A stretch of 64,000 nucleotides of DNA from a virus (taxonomy: Duplodnaviria; Caudoviricetes): IMG/VR virus record IMGVR_UViG_3300046681_000151, positions 1 through 64,000 of that record; one strand, given 5' to 3'. The notes below the pieces were generated by a model. The model worked only from the letters and a program-made list of their open reading frames with translations, was not told the DNA's origin and did no database searches. Numbering within the stretch: position 1 is the stretch's first letter; the number at the start of each line of letters is the position of its first letter. Positions 44,613 through 55,200 of this stretch are shown piece after piece. Position numbers and translations under genes: made by a program.

Positions 44613-45306
44613 CGATCCTCCTGCGGGCGAGCGCGGCACTGAGCACCAGCACCGCGGACTCCGGGTTTGACGGGCTGGGTGTGGGGCTCGTCGGCGCGGG
44701 CGTGCACGTGTAGTGGGTGGAGCCGTCCGAGTCGGGTGTGCAGTTGTAGGTGACGCCCGCCCCGTCCGTGTACGTCCAGCCGGACGGTGCCGGCCCGGTC
44801 GCGCCCGTGTCCCCGGTGTCGCCCTTCGGGCCCTGGTCGCCTTGAGCGCCCTGAGGTCCGACGGGCCCAGCCGCCCCTGCCTCGCCTTGAGGTCCGGCGG
44901 GGCCTGCGCTTCCTGCGGTTCCCGGCTGCCCGGATACGCCGGGCGCCGGCGTAATCGTCGGCGCCGGCTTCCCGGCTGCCCCGGTGTCGCCTTTCGGGCC
45001 GGGCGGTCCAGGGATCGGTACCGGCACCTCGACCCGGTCCGGCAGGTTTTTCACGGCCTTCGTCGGGTCCGGCGCGACCGGTGTTTCACCCCCGGCCTTC
45101 ACCTGCTGGCGCAGTGCCCGCACATCCCCGGCCAGAGTCGACACGGCCTGGCCGCGCAGGTTCGCCTCGTTGGAGAGCTGGTCGTTGATGCGGCTGCGGT
45201 CCACCAGCAGCCACGACACCGCTATCGCCCCGCCCAGGAATAGCAGGATCGCCACGATCCACAGCGTGTGGCGGCTGCGGTACAGGGCCAGTTCGGTGTT
45301 CGTCAT
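44551..45306 (-). CDS. membrane-anchored collagen-like protein
   Basis: TM segment followed by G-X-Y repeats. Confidence 0.8.
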   Translation of the reverse strand: MTNTELALYRSRHTLWIVAILLFLGGAIAVSWLLVDRSRINDQLSNEANLRGQAVSTLAGDVRALRQQVKAGGETPVAPDPTKAVKNLPDRVEVPVPIPGPPGPKGDTGAAGKPAPTITPAPGVSGQPGTAGSAGPAGPQGEAGAAGPVGPQGAQGDQGPKGDTGDTGATGPAPSGWTYTDGAGVTYNCTPDSDGSTHYTCTPAPTSPTPSPSNPESAVLVLSAALARRRIDAPSSTRGRHRAVRRRGAHR

Positions 45307-45569
45307 GGCGTCCCCCCGAGCTGGGTCACCAGCAGCCGGAGTCTGGCGACCTCCAGCTCCAGCACCTCGACGCGCTGCTCCGCTTTCCCTTGGTCCGTCT
45401 CCGCTTTGTCTCGTTCGGCGACGAGCCGCTGAGTGAGGCTGTCGTATCCCGTCACCGCGCTGGCCTCCCTGGCCGCCCTGTTCGCGCCGCGGTTGCCGTA
45501 CATGGCGGCCGTCGCGGCCACGGGTCCGGCGACGAGTGCGCCAATCGCCGTCACCATGGCCGCGTCCAC
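45303..45569 (-). CDS. membrane protein with coiled coil (lysis cassette)
   Basis: N-terminal TM segment, C-terminal coiled coil. Confidence 0.7.
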   Translation of the reverse strand: MDAAMVTAIGALVAGPVAATAAMYGNRGANRAAREASAVTGYDSLTQRLVAERDKAETDQGKAEQRVEVLELEVARLRLLVTQLGGTP

Positions 45570-45606
45570 TCCACCACCACCTCCCCGACGCGATCATCGG
45601 GCAGGG

Positions 45607-45915
45607 TCAGGCTGCCTTGGTGAACTGGTCCTGTGCCCAGCCGCTCACACCGACGGGCTTCAGCAGGCCGAAGTGCATGAGGACACCGGTGGCGAAGCTG
45701 ACGGCCGCGAGGATGGCGGCGGTCTGCACGCTGTAGCCGGAGTCGTGCGGGCCCGCCAGTTCGAGGAGGAACCCGTTCAGTGTGGACAGCGCGAGCAGGA
45801 GGACGGCCTTGAGTCCGGCGGAGGTGACTCTCTTGGTGACGAGGCCGACGAGGACGGGCAGGCCGGTAGAGATGAGGAGGCCGAGCCAGTAAACGGCCGG
45901 GAGGTTGGCGGTCAT
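45607..45915 (-). CDS. holin
   Basis: Three TM segments; LPVLVGLVT motif; in the lysis cassette. Confidence 0.7.
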   Translation of the reverse strand: MTANLPAVYWLGLLISTGLPVLVGLVTKRVTSAGLKAVLLLALSTLNGFLLELAGPHDSGYSVQTAAILAAVSFATGVLMHFGLLKPVGVSGWAQDQFTKAA

Positions 45916-46475
45916 GGGGATCTCACTTCCTGTTCGGCGAGCCAGCGCCGGACGGTCTGGTTGTGTCTCGCGTCGGCGAGGGCGTTGTGCTCGGCGCCGT
46001 CCTGCTTGGGCAGGACGTCCCACGGGATCCCGAGGCGGCGAGCCTCCTGCTGGATGTCGTTGGTGAACATCGGAACGCTGGGCGGGAGCGCGATCATCGG
46101 GCCCCACAACTGGGCGAGCGCGACGTGGTCGTAGGCGCCGTAGTTCGCCCACAGCTCCAGGCCGGGGATGGTCTGGAGGAAGTCGCGGACTTCATTGGCG
46201 ATGACCCACTTCGGCTTCACGCGCGTGTCCGTCATGTCGAGCGCGCCATCACTCTGCTGGAGTGCGTTGATCTGCGGTGGTGGCTTGTAGCCCCGAAGCG
46301 GCAAGTGTGGCCACACGTTGGCCTTTAGCCATTGGTGGTTCAGGATCCGCTCGACCGGCATGTCGGAGCTGACGGCGTAGTACTCGCGGCCGTCATCGCA
46401 CACCATGCCGATGGAGATCAGCTCGATGGTGTGGCCGTCCTCCAGGAACTCCAGGTCGTAGTCGATGGCGGTCAC
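45912..46475 (-). CDS. DEDDh 3'-5' exoribonuclease (Rv2179c/DUF5051-like)
   Basis: DYDLEFLEDG, LISIGMV, YGAYDHV, HNALADA. Confidence 0.85.
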   Translation of the reverse strand: MTAIDYDLEFLEDGHTIELISIGMVCDDGREYYAVSSDMPVERILNHQWLKANVWPHLPLRGYKPPPQINALQQSDGALDMTDTRVKPKWVIANEVRDFLQTIPGLELWANYGAYDHVALAQLWGPMIALPPSVPMFTNDIQQEARRLGIPWDVLPKQDGAEHNALADARHNQTVRRWLAEQEVRSP

Positions 46476-47296
46476 GCGACCACCTGGAAGCCGTGCTTCG
46501 CGCCGAGCTTCGACAAGCTGTCCTTGCCAGGGATGCCGTCGGCCGAGCTGCCGCTGTAGGAGCCGCCCGCCTTGGAGCGCTGCCACGCCTTGTAGGCGGC
46601 GACGGTGAGGCTGCCGAACGAGCCGTCGACGTACTGGGCGGCCAGCAGGCCTTCGGCGTGCAGGGCCTTCTCGACGAGGAGGACTTCCGCCCGGTAGGTG
46701 GTGTGTCCCTGCGCGGCAGACGGGTCGTGCTTGGCCGCGGTGGCGACATGCGCGACGCTGACCTTCGGCTTGGCGGCAGGCGTCGGGGTGGGCGTGACGC
46801 CGAGGATCGCCTTGGCGCGCGCGATGATCGCCCCACGCTGCGCCTTGATGGCGTCGCCGGGGCATCCGGTGTGGCCGCCCCACGCTGCGCCGCCCATGCC
46901 GTGCCAGCCGAGGCCCTTGCCGTTCGGGTCGTCCGTCGACTGAAGCGGAACCGCGTACTTGGTGTGCAGCCACGCAAGGAGCTGCGCGGCGTTCTCCACC
47001 TGGGAGGCGGTAAGGGCAGCCGGAACGAACCCTTCGTTCTCGATCGACACCCAGTGACTGTTGCCGTCAGCCTCTGCCCACGCGCGGTCCTTGGTGTCGA
47101 CGAGCTGGCGCAGGCCGCCGCTCTTCGGGTTGAGGAAGTGGCTGGACGCCTGCGACTTGGGGTTCTTGAACCAGGCCTCCGATCCGGCTTCGGTGCCCTG
47201 CTGGATGTGGAGGAGGAGGCCGCGGACCTCAACCATGCCGTCGACGCGCTTGTTCGGGGTGGGGCCAATGAAGGTGGCCCCGGGCATGAGTGCCAT
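46472..47296 (-). CDS. endolysin, N-acetylmuramoyl-L-alanine amidase plus PG-binding domain
   Basis: LLHIQQG, SSHF, SIENEG, H..CPG; DG.FG..T...WQ. Confidence 0.9.
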   Translation of the reverse strand: MALMPGATFIGPTPNKRVDGMVEVRGLLLHIQQGTEAGSEAWFKNPKSQASSHFLNPKSGGLRQLVDTKDRAWAEADGNSHWVSIENEGFVPAALTASQVENAAQLLAWLHTKYAVPLQSTDDPNGKGLGWHGMGGAAWGGHTGCPGDAIKAQRGAIIARAKAILGVTPTPTPAAKPKVSVAHVATAAKHDPSAAQGHTTYRAEVLLVEKALHAEGLLAAQYVDGSFGSLTVAAYKAWQRSKAGGSYSGSSADGIPGKDSLSKLGAKHGFQVVA

Positions 47297-47298
47297 GG

Positions 47299-48237
47299 TC
47301 AGGCTCCATTCGCGTTGCTGCTGGGCGCCCACGGCCGCATCAGATCCGCCAACCCCTGGGCAGCAACAGCCGCCTCAGCCAGTCGAGGATCCGGAGCAGG
47401 AGTGGGCGTCGGAGGAGGGGTCGGCACCGGGATCGGCGGCATGACCACCGGGAACGGCTTGGTAGTGATCTCCGTCCAGGCCGCCTCGAACGCCGCCAGG
47501 TCGATGCCCGCCAGGAAGTTGGGGTGCTTGAGGTGCTCAGGGAAGATGACCGCCCAGGCCTCTTCGACCTTGTGGCTCCAGTAGGAGTCCGTGAACGAGG
47601 TCTCCTCGGCCCAGGTGATGAATCGTTCATCCCCACCCAGCGGGCCCGTACCGGGGTTGCCGTAGCCGCCGGTGATGACGGAGTGGCCGCCCGCATCCGG
47701 GCTGGAGCGGTGGTAGTTCCACGGCTTGCCCTGGTCGAACTCGGTCTCGTTGGCCTGCTGGACGTCGATGCCCGTCCACACGAAACCGAAGATGGCGATG
47801 GCCGCCTTGACCTCGTCCGGGCTGGACGGGTTGACCCTGGCGAAGGCGAGGATGTCGCCGCGCTTGGTGAGGTACTCCAGCAGGGTCTGGATGTCCATGC
47901 CGTTGTCGTGCGACGAGCCCGGCCCGTTCGTCTCCGCGGTGCCGTTCGGGTCGAAGCCCGAGTTCTGGGTCTTGTAGACCGCCCAGACCTCGTCCTGCGT
48001 CGGGTAGTACTCGGCGCCGGCGATGGCCGTGAGGAGACGACGGATGTTGGCCCAGGCGACGGCCACACAGTCCCCGGCGACGTCATTCCCGCGCATCTGC
48101 CAGCCGCCACCGAGCGTGGCCAGGTAGTCGGCCGCCGTCGGGTGCGTGGGCACGGTGCCGGTGAGGATGCGCGAGAGTGAGATGGCACGTGCACGCTTCG
48201 GCGCGCGGCGGCCGTACTGGCGGATCGATGTGCTCAA
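47299..48237 (-). CDS. papain-like (C1-type) cysteine peptidase
   Basis: GND.AGDCV, GGHSV..GY, ITW; Pro/Thr linker. Confidence 0.6.
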   Translation of the reverse strand: MSTSIRQYGRRAPKRARAISLSRILTGTVPTHPTAADYLATLGGGWQMRGNDVAGDCVAVAWANIRRLLTAIAGAEYYPTQDEVWAVYKTQNSGFDPNGTAETNGPGSSHDNGMDIQTLLEYLTKRGDILAFARVNPSSPDEVKAAIAIFGFVWTGIDVQQANETEFDQGKPWNYHRSSPDAGGHSVITGGYGNPGTGPLGGDERFITWAEETSFTDSYWSHKVEEAWAVIFPEHLKHPNFLAGIDLAAFEAAWTEITTKPFPVVMPPIPVPTPPPTPTPAPDPRLAEAAVAAQGLADLMRPWAPSSNANGA

Positions 48238-48304
48238 GGAGCCCCTCCAGGGCATGAAAAATGCGCCCTGGTGGGGGCGGGGCGCGGGCCGGTGATGCGG
48301 TGGG

Positions 48305-48511
48305 TCAGGTGACTTCGGGCTGCGGGTCGAGCAGGGTCGCGGTGAGAATCTCCATGTGTTGTCCGCAGAGTCCGCACTGCACGAAGCAGTTGGTGCCCGC
48401 ATTGGAGTAGAACTGCGGGATGTCGAAGGTCTGCTCGTAATTTGTGCAGGCCTCGTTGTTGTCGCGGGCTGTGACCTCGTAGTACAGCCCGGGTTGGAAC
48501 GTGACGCTCAT
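48305..48511 (-). CDS. small Cys-containing protein
   Basis: ATGA-coupled; C...CGLCG. Confidence 0.6.
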   Translation of the reverse strand: MSVTFQPGLYYEVTARDNNEACTNYEQTFDIPQFYSNAGTNCFVQCGLCGQHMEILTATLLDPQPEVT

Positions 48512-49269
48512 ATCCCGATCACCAGCCAGTTCACTGTTGTTGCGCTCGTGTTTTGCCGGGTCAGCCACACGGTGAGGCCGGTCGAGGTGGCGGAGGTGGC
48601 GCTCGTGCCGGTGACGCCGTTCGTGCCGGCCGTTGAGCCGGGCGCGGCGGTCTGGGCGCCGGAGAATCCAATGAACGTGCTGCCCTTGAGGCTGAGCCCG
48701 GTGACGGTGGCGGAGGTCGGGGTGTTGGCGGCGCTCGGTGTGATGGCCACGCTGCCCCAGGCCAGGCTGCTCGCGGTGAGGACCCCGAGGATGTCCATGT
48801 TGCACTGGGTGCTGTTTTCGCCCTGCACGTAGACGTAGGGGTTGCCGCCCTCGAACGTGGACTCCAGCGTGAGCACGGCCCGGTGGGCGGTGGCGGCAAC
48901 ATTTCCGGAGGTCAGGATGAGGTCGGTGTACTGGAAGGCGTCCGAGTCATAGGTGATGCCCGCCGGGACGGCGACCTGCCCGTCCTCGACCGGCCGGAAC
49001 TGCAGCTGCCCGGAGGACAGGTAGGCGGACATGTTGATCGGATCCTGAAGGCCGCGGGTCCACAGGCCGCCTCCGCCGTCGCCGCCGGTCTCCGGGCCCA
49101 GTTCTGCGAGAAGGGTCGTGCCGTCGTCCGCGTATACGCGGAGGGTGCCGACGGATGCGGCCGTCATGCGCCGGGCCGCCCGCATCTCGCGTACTTGCCC
49201 TTCCAGGGCCTGGATCCGCCGGGCCAGGGAGGTGGTGTCGGGCGGGAGCTGGTCGATCTGGCGGGGCAT
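48508..49269 (-). CDS. minor tail protein
   Basis: N-terminal coiled coil, beta-rich C-terminus; position in the tail module. Confidence 0.7.
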   Translation of the reverse strand: MPRQIDQLPPDTTSLARRIQALEGQVREMRAARRMTAASVGTLRVYADDGTTLLAELGPETGGDGGGGLWTRGLQDPINMSAYLSSGQLQFRPVEDGQVAVPAGITYDSDAFQYTDLILTSGNVAATAHRAVLTLESTFEGGNPYVYVQGENSTQCNMDILGVLTASSLAWGSVAITPSAANTPTSATVTGLSLKGSTFIGFSGAQTAAPGSTAGTNGVTGTSATSATSTGLTVWLTRQNTSATTVNWLVIGI

Positions 49270-50352
49270 TCAGCTCTCCTCTACCAGGATGGGCCGGATC
49301 TTGTCGGCGCTCGGGTCGAGCTCCCAGGACCAGCAGCGGGCGACCAGGTTTGTGCCCTGCGGGTGCCGCGGTGAGCGTTCGACGGCCATGCGGACGGTGT
49401 CGCCGAGGAACCAGTCCCGGCCCAGGCGTGGGGCGCGGGATGCCACGGCCTCGATGGACCACACCCGGGCACCTTGTTGCATGAGCGCCAAGGACTGCGT
49501 GGCGTGGGCGTCCAGTTGGTCGGGGTCGTCGATGCCCGTTGCGGGGGTGTAGCGGTATTCCCAGCGGGGCCATCCCGCGGCAATGAGTGCGGTCGCCACG
49601 TGCGGGCTGGAGGTGAGCCGGGATGATCCCTCACCCTCGCCGCGGGCGATGACGGCGGTGGCACCTTTGCCCTGCTCGTAGGACTCCGACAGTGCGTAGG
49701 ACGAGACGCAGCCGGGGAAGTCGAAGGTGGCTTCCGGTGGGTTGGCCTGGGTGCCGACGGCCGCGCGGACGCGCAGCGGGAACTGGAACCCCGTGTGCCC
49801 TGAATTCCACACAACGTCGATCGTCCACTCGGGGCCGCCGTCCAATGCCATGATCTCTTTGAGGCAGGCCAGGATCGTTTTGTCGTCGCCGTCCTGCGTC
49901 AGGTAGGTCATGGTGACGCCCGTGTTCGGCGCGTCGATGACGAACGGCGGCCCGTTCGTGAGTGCGGGCGTGACGAGTGCGGCGACGACAGCGGCCTGGT
50001 CGGCGCCGATGAGAGACTGGTCGCCGGGAAACCGGGAGTCGAGGTAGCTCTCCAGGGTGGCGGCCCCGAGTGATGCAGTCTGCGAGCTGCCGCCTTCGCG
50101 AGGCAGTACCGCACCCGCCCAGATCGGGGTGTCGGTGGCCGTGTCGACGGCCACCAGCATGGACTGGCCGGGTGTCGTGGCCGTATCCCAGCCGGTCGGG
50201 GCGCCGGGGATGTTGAGTTCGAACTGCAGCGTGGTCGAGTCGCCGAGCTTCCGCGTGAGCGCCCCGGTCGGCTTGAGCGAGCGGAGATCCTCGACGATGC
50301 CGCCGGAGGCCAGGTCGCAGCCGTACCAGGCGAGTTCGTAGGCCTGCGGCAT
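49270..50352 (-). CDS. minor tail/baseplate hub protein
   Basis: PIWAG.V...GD.V motif; position. Confidence 0.7.
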   Translation of the reverse strand: MPQAYELAWYGCDLASGGIVEDLRSLKPTGALTRKLGDSTTLQFELNIPGAPTGWDTATTPGQSMLVAVDTATDTPIWAGAVLPREGGSSQTASLGAATLESYLDSRFPGDQSLIGADQAAVVAALVTPALTNGPPFVIDAPNTGVTMTYLTQDGDDKTILACLKEIMALDGGPEWTIDVVWNSGHTGFQFPLRVRAAVGTQANPPEATFDFPGCVSSYALSESYEQGKGATAVIARGEGEGSSRLTSSPHVATALIAAGWPRWEYRYTPATGIDDPDQLDAHATQSLALMQQGARVWSIEAVASRAPRLGRDWFLGDTVRMAVERSPRHPQGTNLVARCWSWELDPSADKIRPILVEES

Positions 50353-51383
50353 CAGGTGGCCGACTCGTAGGTGCCGGTGATGCGCAGCTGGGAGCCGTTG
50401 GCGAACGTCTCGGGAACGGTCGGGCTCATCTGGGTGATGCGCACGTTCGTGGTGGAGATGTTCAGGAACGGCGAGGTGGTGGTGGCGGTCGGTGAGATGA
50501 CTGTTTCGCCCTGCCACCGGTCGGTGCCGAGGAACTGGACGGCGCCGATCATGCTGCATCCGACGTTTGCCGCCGTCGCGGGAAGGGCGAAGGAGTAGCC
50601 GCCCGCGCCGAACGTTGTCGTGCTGCCGGGGATCAGGTTGATGTGGAAGGTGACCTGGCGTCCGATTTTGTTGTAGCGGCCGACCAGGGTGCCGTTGCCG
50701 AGTGCCGGGTTCGTCGTCGCCGCTGTCCATGTCGGCGTGTATGACGTCCAGGCGCCCGACACCTTGAAGTAGGTGTCCCAGGAGGAGCCGTTCCAGCGGA
50801 GCAGGTCGGTGCCGTTGTCGTAGAACTGGCCCGTGTAGGGGCTCGCCGGCGCGGTCGCCGACGGGAGGATGCCGCCCGGCGCCACCGTGTACGGCCGGAC
50901 CGCCGTACTCACGGAGGCGGTGCTGCCGTTGGACACCGACAGCACGGTGATGTTGGCGAGCGGCAGGTAGATCTGCGTGCCCGCCGGTGTCGGGGCGACC
51001 GGGGAGGCGGACGGAGTGCCGGCCAGGTAGACGATGTCGGCCTTGTTCAGGCCGGAGGCGTCCACGCTGTTGTCCCACACCCGCAGGTAGACGAGGTCGA
51101 TCCTGTTGAGGGTGGCGTGCGCGGCCGTATAGGTGCCGGGTGATACCGACGACGGGAATGCTGCCCGGTATACACCCTGGCCGGCATAGGCGACCGTGGC
51201 GACGCCCGCCGAACAGTTGATGGTGGTGCCGGCCAGAGTGACGGTGAGGCCCGGGTCGCCGGGGCGTACACCCGATGTCGAGCCCAGGGCGCTGCCGTTG
51301 GCCATGACGAACATGGAGTCCGCGTTGCGGACTTCCAGGCCGGAGAACGCCAGTGTGTCGATGGCCCACACGTCTACGGGCAC
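50352..51383 (-). CDS. minor tail / receptor-binding protein
   Basis: RIDLV, WNGSSW, W.SYTPTW...GRY. Confidence 0.75.
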   Translation of the reverse strand: MPVDVWAIDTLAFSGLEVRNADSMFVMANGSALGSTSGVRPGDPGLTVTLAGTTINCSAGVATVAYAGQGVYRAAFPSSVSPGTYTAAHATLNRIDLVYLRVWDNSVDASGLNKADIVYLAGTPSASPVAPTPAGTQIYLPLANITVLSVSNGSTASVSTAVRPYTVAPGGILPSATAPASPYTGQFYDNGTDLLRWNGSSWDTYFKVSGAWTSYTPTWTAATTNPALGNGTLVGRYNKIGRQVTFHINLIPGSTTTFGAGGYSFALPATAANVGCSMIGAVQFLGTDRWQGETVISPTATTTSPFLNISTTNVRITQMSPTVPETFANGSQLRITGTYESAT

Positions 51384-51393
51384 GGGGGCCTCC

Positions 51394-52266
51394 TCACATC
51401 CAGGCCGAGCGCCAGGTGGCGGTCAGCGTTGCGGTCGCGTTGTAAGTGCCGGACTGGAACTGGTAGTTGACCGATGCGTTCGCCGGAATGGTGGGCCAGC
51501 CGGCCGACACGGTCACGAACCGGCGCCGGGAGACCGAGCCGTTGAGGATCACGGTGTGTGCGTCGGTGTCGATGGTGAGGACGTCGCCGCTGGCCAGCGT
51601 CAGGGAGTAGATGAGCTGGCGCACGGTGCCGTCCGGGTAGAGGGCGGAGATGGTGGGTGCGACCACGGGTCCGGCGATGGTCAGTACTGGCCGGGTGTCC
51701 ATGGAGCCGGAGTTGACAGCGTTGATCTGACCGGACACGGTCGTCGCCGAGAACGTGATCGGGAAGGTGATCGGGAAGGTGAGGCCGCCCGTCGTATTGG
51801 GCAGGCCTGTCGTACCGGACTGCAGGGTGGTGCTGTAGCGGCGTGGGTCCCCCGCCGTGACGAGCACGCTGTAGGTGGCGATGCGGTCGGTGACGTAGGC
51901 GAACAGCGGCTTCCCGGAGCGGCGCACCACTGCCTGTTTCGGCGATGTCAGCTCGTACACGACCAGTGTGGTGTCGGTCAGGGCAGCTGCGGTCCGCAGC
52001 TGCTCCAGCGCGCCCTCCAGGCTGGTGCGGTCCGGTGCGGTGACCGTGCCGGCCAGGGTGACGGGTCGCGAACCGAGGTAGACGGGGCTTGACCACGATC
52101 CGTGATCGGATTCCCGGTCGGTGTATTCGGCCCGGACCTCGGAGCCATCCCAGCCGTCCATGGACTGCAACGCCCAGGCGACCCCGTTGGAGTCGACCCG
52201 GCCGAGCGGAATGGTCCCGAGGTCGGCCCAGACGCCGCCGAGGTCTTGTCCTGCCGTGAACGGCAC
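51394..52266 (-). CDS. distal tail protein (Dit)
   Basis: Immediately after the tape measure; DP.RY, FPI.F, GP...P. Confidence 0.8.
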   Translation of the reverse strand: MPFTAGQDLGGVWADLGTIPLGRVDSNGVAWALQSMDGWDGSEVRAEYTDRESDHGSWSSPVYLGSRPVTLAGTVTAPDRTSLEGALEQLRTAAALTDTTLVVYELTSPKQAVVRRSGKPLFAYVTDRIATYSVLVTAGDPRRYSTTLQSGTTGLPNTTGGLTFPITFPITFSATTVSGQINAVNSGSMDTRPVLTIAGPVVAPTISALYPDGTVRQLIYSLTLASGDVLTIDTDAHTVILNGSVSRRRFVTVSAGWPTIPANASVNYQFQSGTYNATATLTATWRSAWM

Positions 52267-52281
52267 CCCTCCCCCTCCCTG

Positions 52282-55200
52282 TCAGCCGACGAATGCCATG
52301 TGGCGGGCGATGTCCTGCGCCTGCTCCGCCGACGTCTGCTTGGCGCCGTACAGGTTGATCTCGATGTTCTTCGTGACCTCCCGCGCCATGGCCGCGGCAG
52401 ACGACCCCGCCGCCCACCTGCTGGCGGGCACCAGGTGGTAGCCGAGCGCTGCCGCAGAGGCTGCGAGCAGGGCCCGGCTGCGGGCGGTCTGAGCGAGCGG
52501 GATGAACGCCTCCGGGATGCCGGCCTCGCCGGCGAGGACCGGGGTGGCCTTGGTGAGGATTCCTCCGGCAGCCATCGCCGTGCCGCCCTGGGCTACCCAC
52601 TGCCGCACGAACGTCGCCTTGTTGGCGTCCGGAAGTGCGCCGATCTGCTTGGTCATTTTCGGCACCAGCGCCTTGATGACGTCAGTGCCGAGGCCTGCCG
52701 CGATCAGATCCGCGTAGCCGCGGCCCGTGCCGCCCCGCAGCGTCGATAGCAGGATCAGCGAGTTCGTCAGGTCGTCGCCGGTGAGCGTTGCCTGCGCCTT
52801 GTCCACGCTCTTGTTGGCGGCCGAGGCCGACTTGCTGTTGCCTGCCGCTTCGTGCGCGAGTGCCTGCGCATTGGAGTCGCCTTGCGCGGCGAGGGCCTGG
52901 GCTAGGTCTCCGAAGCCCTCGGCAGCCAGCTTCTGCAGGTCGGCGGCGAACTGCTGGTTCTGCTGGGTTGCTCCGCCGAGCTGCTTCTCGAAGTCAGCGA
53001 GGGTCGCTTTCGCGACGTCCCCGGTCTTCTGCAGCTTTTTGACGATGTCGTCGAACTGCTTCGTCGACGCTCCGGCCAGCGAGTTGACGAGGGCGTAGCC
53101 GTCCTGGCCCATGTTCTCCAGGAGGGATTCGACTTCGGCGCCACCCCGCTTGGAGATCTTCGACAGGTTGGTGCGCCACTTGTCCGTTGCCGCGACGGAC
53201 GCGTTGAGCTGCTTCTCGTAGGCCTTCAGGTCGAAGCCAGTCGGGGCCTTCGCGCCCCTCTTCACCCCGAGGGCCGAATCCGCGGCGTACACCTTCTGCC
53301 GGTCGGCACTGACCGTCTTGTCTCTGGCCTTCTTCGCCGACCGCGCCTTGTCGACGCGGTCCTGGGCGGCCCGCAGCTGGGCGGCCGTGTGGTGCTCGTG
53401 CCGCACCCTGGACAGGTTCTTCTCGGCTGCGGTGAGGCTGTCGGCGGCCTTCTTCTGTTCTTTCAGCGCCGTGTTGAGGACACCCCAGGCGTCCTTCAGG
53501 CGCTGAACGTCCTGGTCGTAGCGCGACTTGGCATCCGAGGGGCCGCCGAGCACCGGCTGGCCGCTCGGTGTGTAGGTGAATCCGCTCAAGCCGCCGTTGG
53601 CGTACCAGGCGACAGCCCCGCCGAGCCGGCTGACGGTCTGCGCGGCGATCTGCCGGGAGCGGCCACGCTTCGCCGGATTGAGGGGAATGTAGGCCTCGTC
53701 CCCGGCCTCATCCTCCGCCCACACCCGATAGGTGCCCTTGCGGGCGATCTGGGCGACATGGTTTTCGCGCATGCCACCGTCGGCGTAAAAGCTGACGATG
53801 CCGCCATCGGCCTTGCCGACGACCTCGTGGACGGACTTCGATGTCGTCGTCACGATCGAGTTGACGTAGTTGGTGACCGTTTTGCCGTGCAGGTTGTTGA
53901 TGTAGCGCTGGATTGCGGCGGCTGCCGCTGCCGGGCCGCCGGTTGGCAGGGTCACCCTGATCTGGCGGTTCGGGAGCCTCTGCACCTTGAAGCCCAGACT
54001 CGTCAGGGCGCTCTGTGCCGCACCGGTCAGCGCACCAATGGTGACCGACTTCCCCTTGGTCCCTGCCACCTTCTGCCTGACGGCCTCCAAAGCCGCCATG
54101 GCGCTCGCGGTTTTGGCGTCGACGCCCACCGCCTTGGACGGCAGCTTCTTGGCGATCAGAGCATCCAGGGCGGCGGCGGCCTTCCCTGTCGGGGCAGTGA
54201 TCTCCATCTGGCGGCCACCGGGCAAGGTCTTCACCTTGAAGCCGACGTCCTCAATGTCCTTCTTCGCCTCGGCAGTCAGCGCCGACACCCGGATCGTGGA
54301 CCCCTTCGGCATGTGACCGGCCAGGCCCTGCACATACAGCAGCTGCTTCTGGGTGGCCGACAGCCCAGGGGTGGACATGGTGATGGCCAGCGACGACGGG
54401 ATGAACCCCATCTGTGCCGCCAGCACCTTGGCCTGGTCCGCGGTGAGCCCGAACTTCTGGCCTGCCGTGACCGCGGCCTTCCATGACGTCTCCATGTGCG
54501 CCTCGGCCTGCTTCAAGGCCGGGACGACGCCCTCATTGTTGGCGCGCGCGAAATCGTAGGTCGACTGCGCCGCTCCGGCCGTCTGCTCGTTCAGGGCCTG
54601 CAGCTTGGTCCACAGGCTCTGCCCGTTCTCCGACGTCGTGTTGAGCGATCCGTCGACCTGCAGCAGGGCCTTCCCGTAGCCGTGGGACTTGTCGACGCCG
54701 TCCTTGTAGCTGCCGTTCAGGTCGAGAATCGCCTGGTTCATGGTGGCGACTGCGGCCTGCACGTCGAGTTCGCCGCCCGAGAGCAGGTCGAGGGCGGTGT
54801 GCAGGGCCCGCGCCTTTGTGTCCGCATCCGATGCGGAGTCACCGAGGGTCTTGATGGCGGTCTGCAGGCGGCCGGTGGGGTCCGTGGCGTCCAGCGCTGC
54901 GGCGCCCGAGCCCTTCACTGCGGCGGCAAGGTCGGCCTGCTTCTTCTTGGCGGTGCCGAACTCGCCGGACAGACTCCCGAGAGCGTCAGCCGCGTCCTTG
55001 TAGGCCTGCCCCTGCTCGGTGAACGCCACCTTGCGGCCACTCTTGCCGGACGCAACCCACTCCCGGTTCGCGTTGGCCGCGGTAAGGAGCTTCTTCTGAA
55101 GCGTGTCGATGCTCGTGCCCTGCCCCAGATATGCGTCTGTGAGCTGGCTGGTGCCCACGCCTGCCTCATGCATCACGTTGAGGAGCTGGGTTTTGCCGTC

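Noticed and set aside
44760-45010. Periodic GC-rich repeats
   Set aside because: They are ordinary collagen G-X-Y coding sequence.
219-45915. Many proteins end in -AA (possible ClpXP/ssrA-like degrons)
   Set aside because: This is largely explained by overlapping RBS and GCGTGA/GCATGA coupled junctions; it cannot be separated from that bias without statistics.
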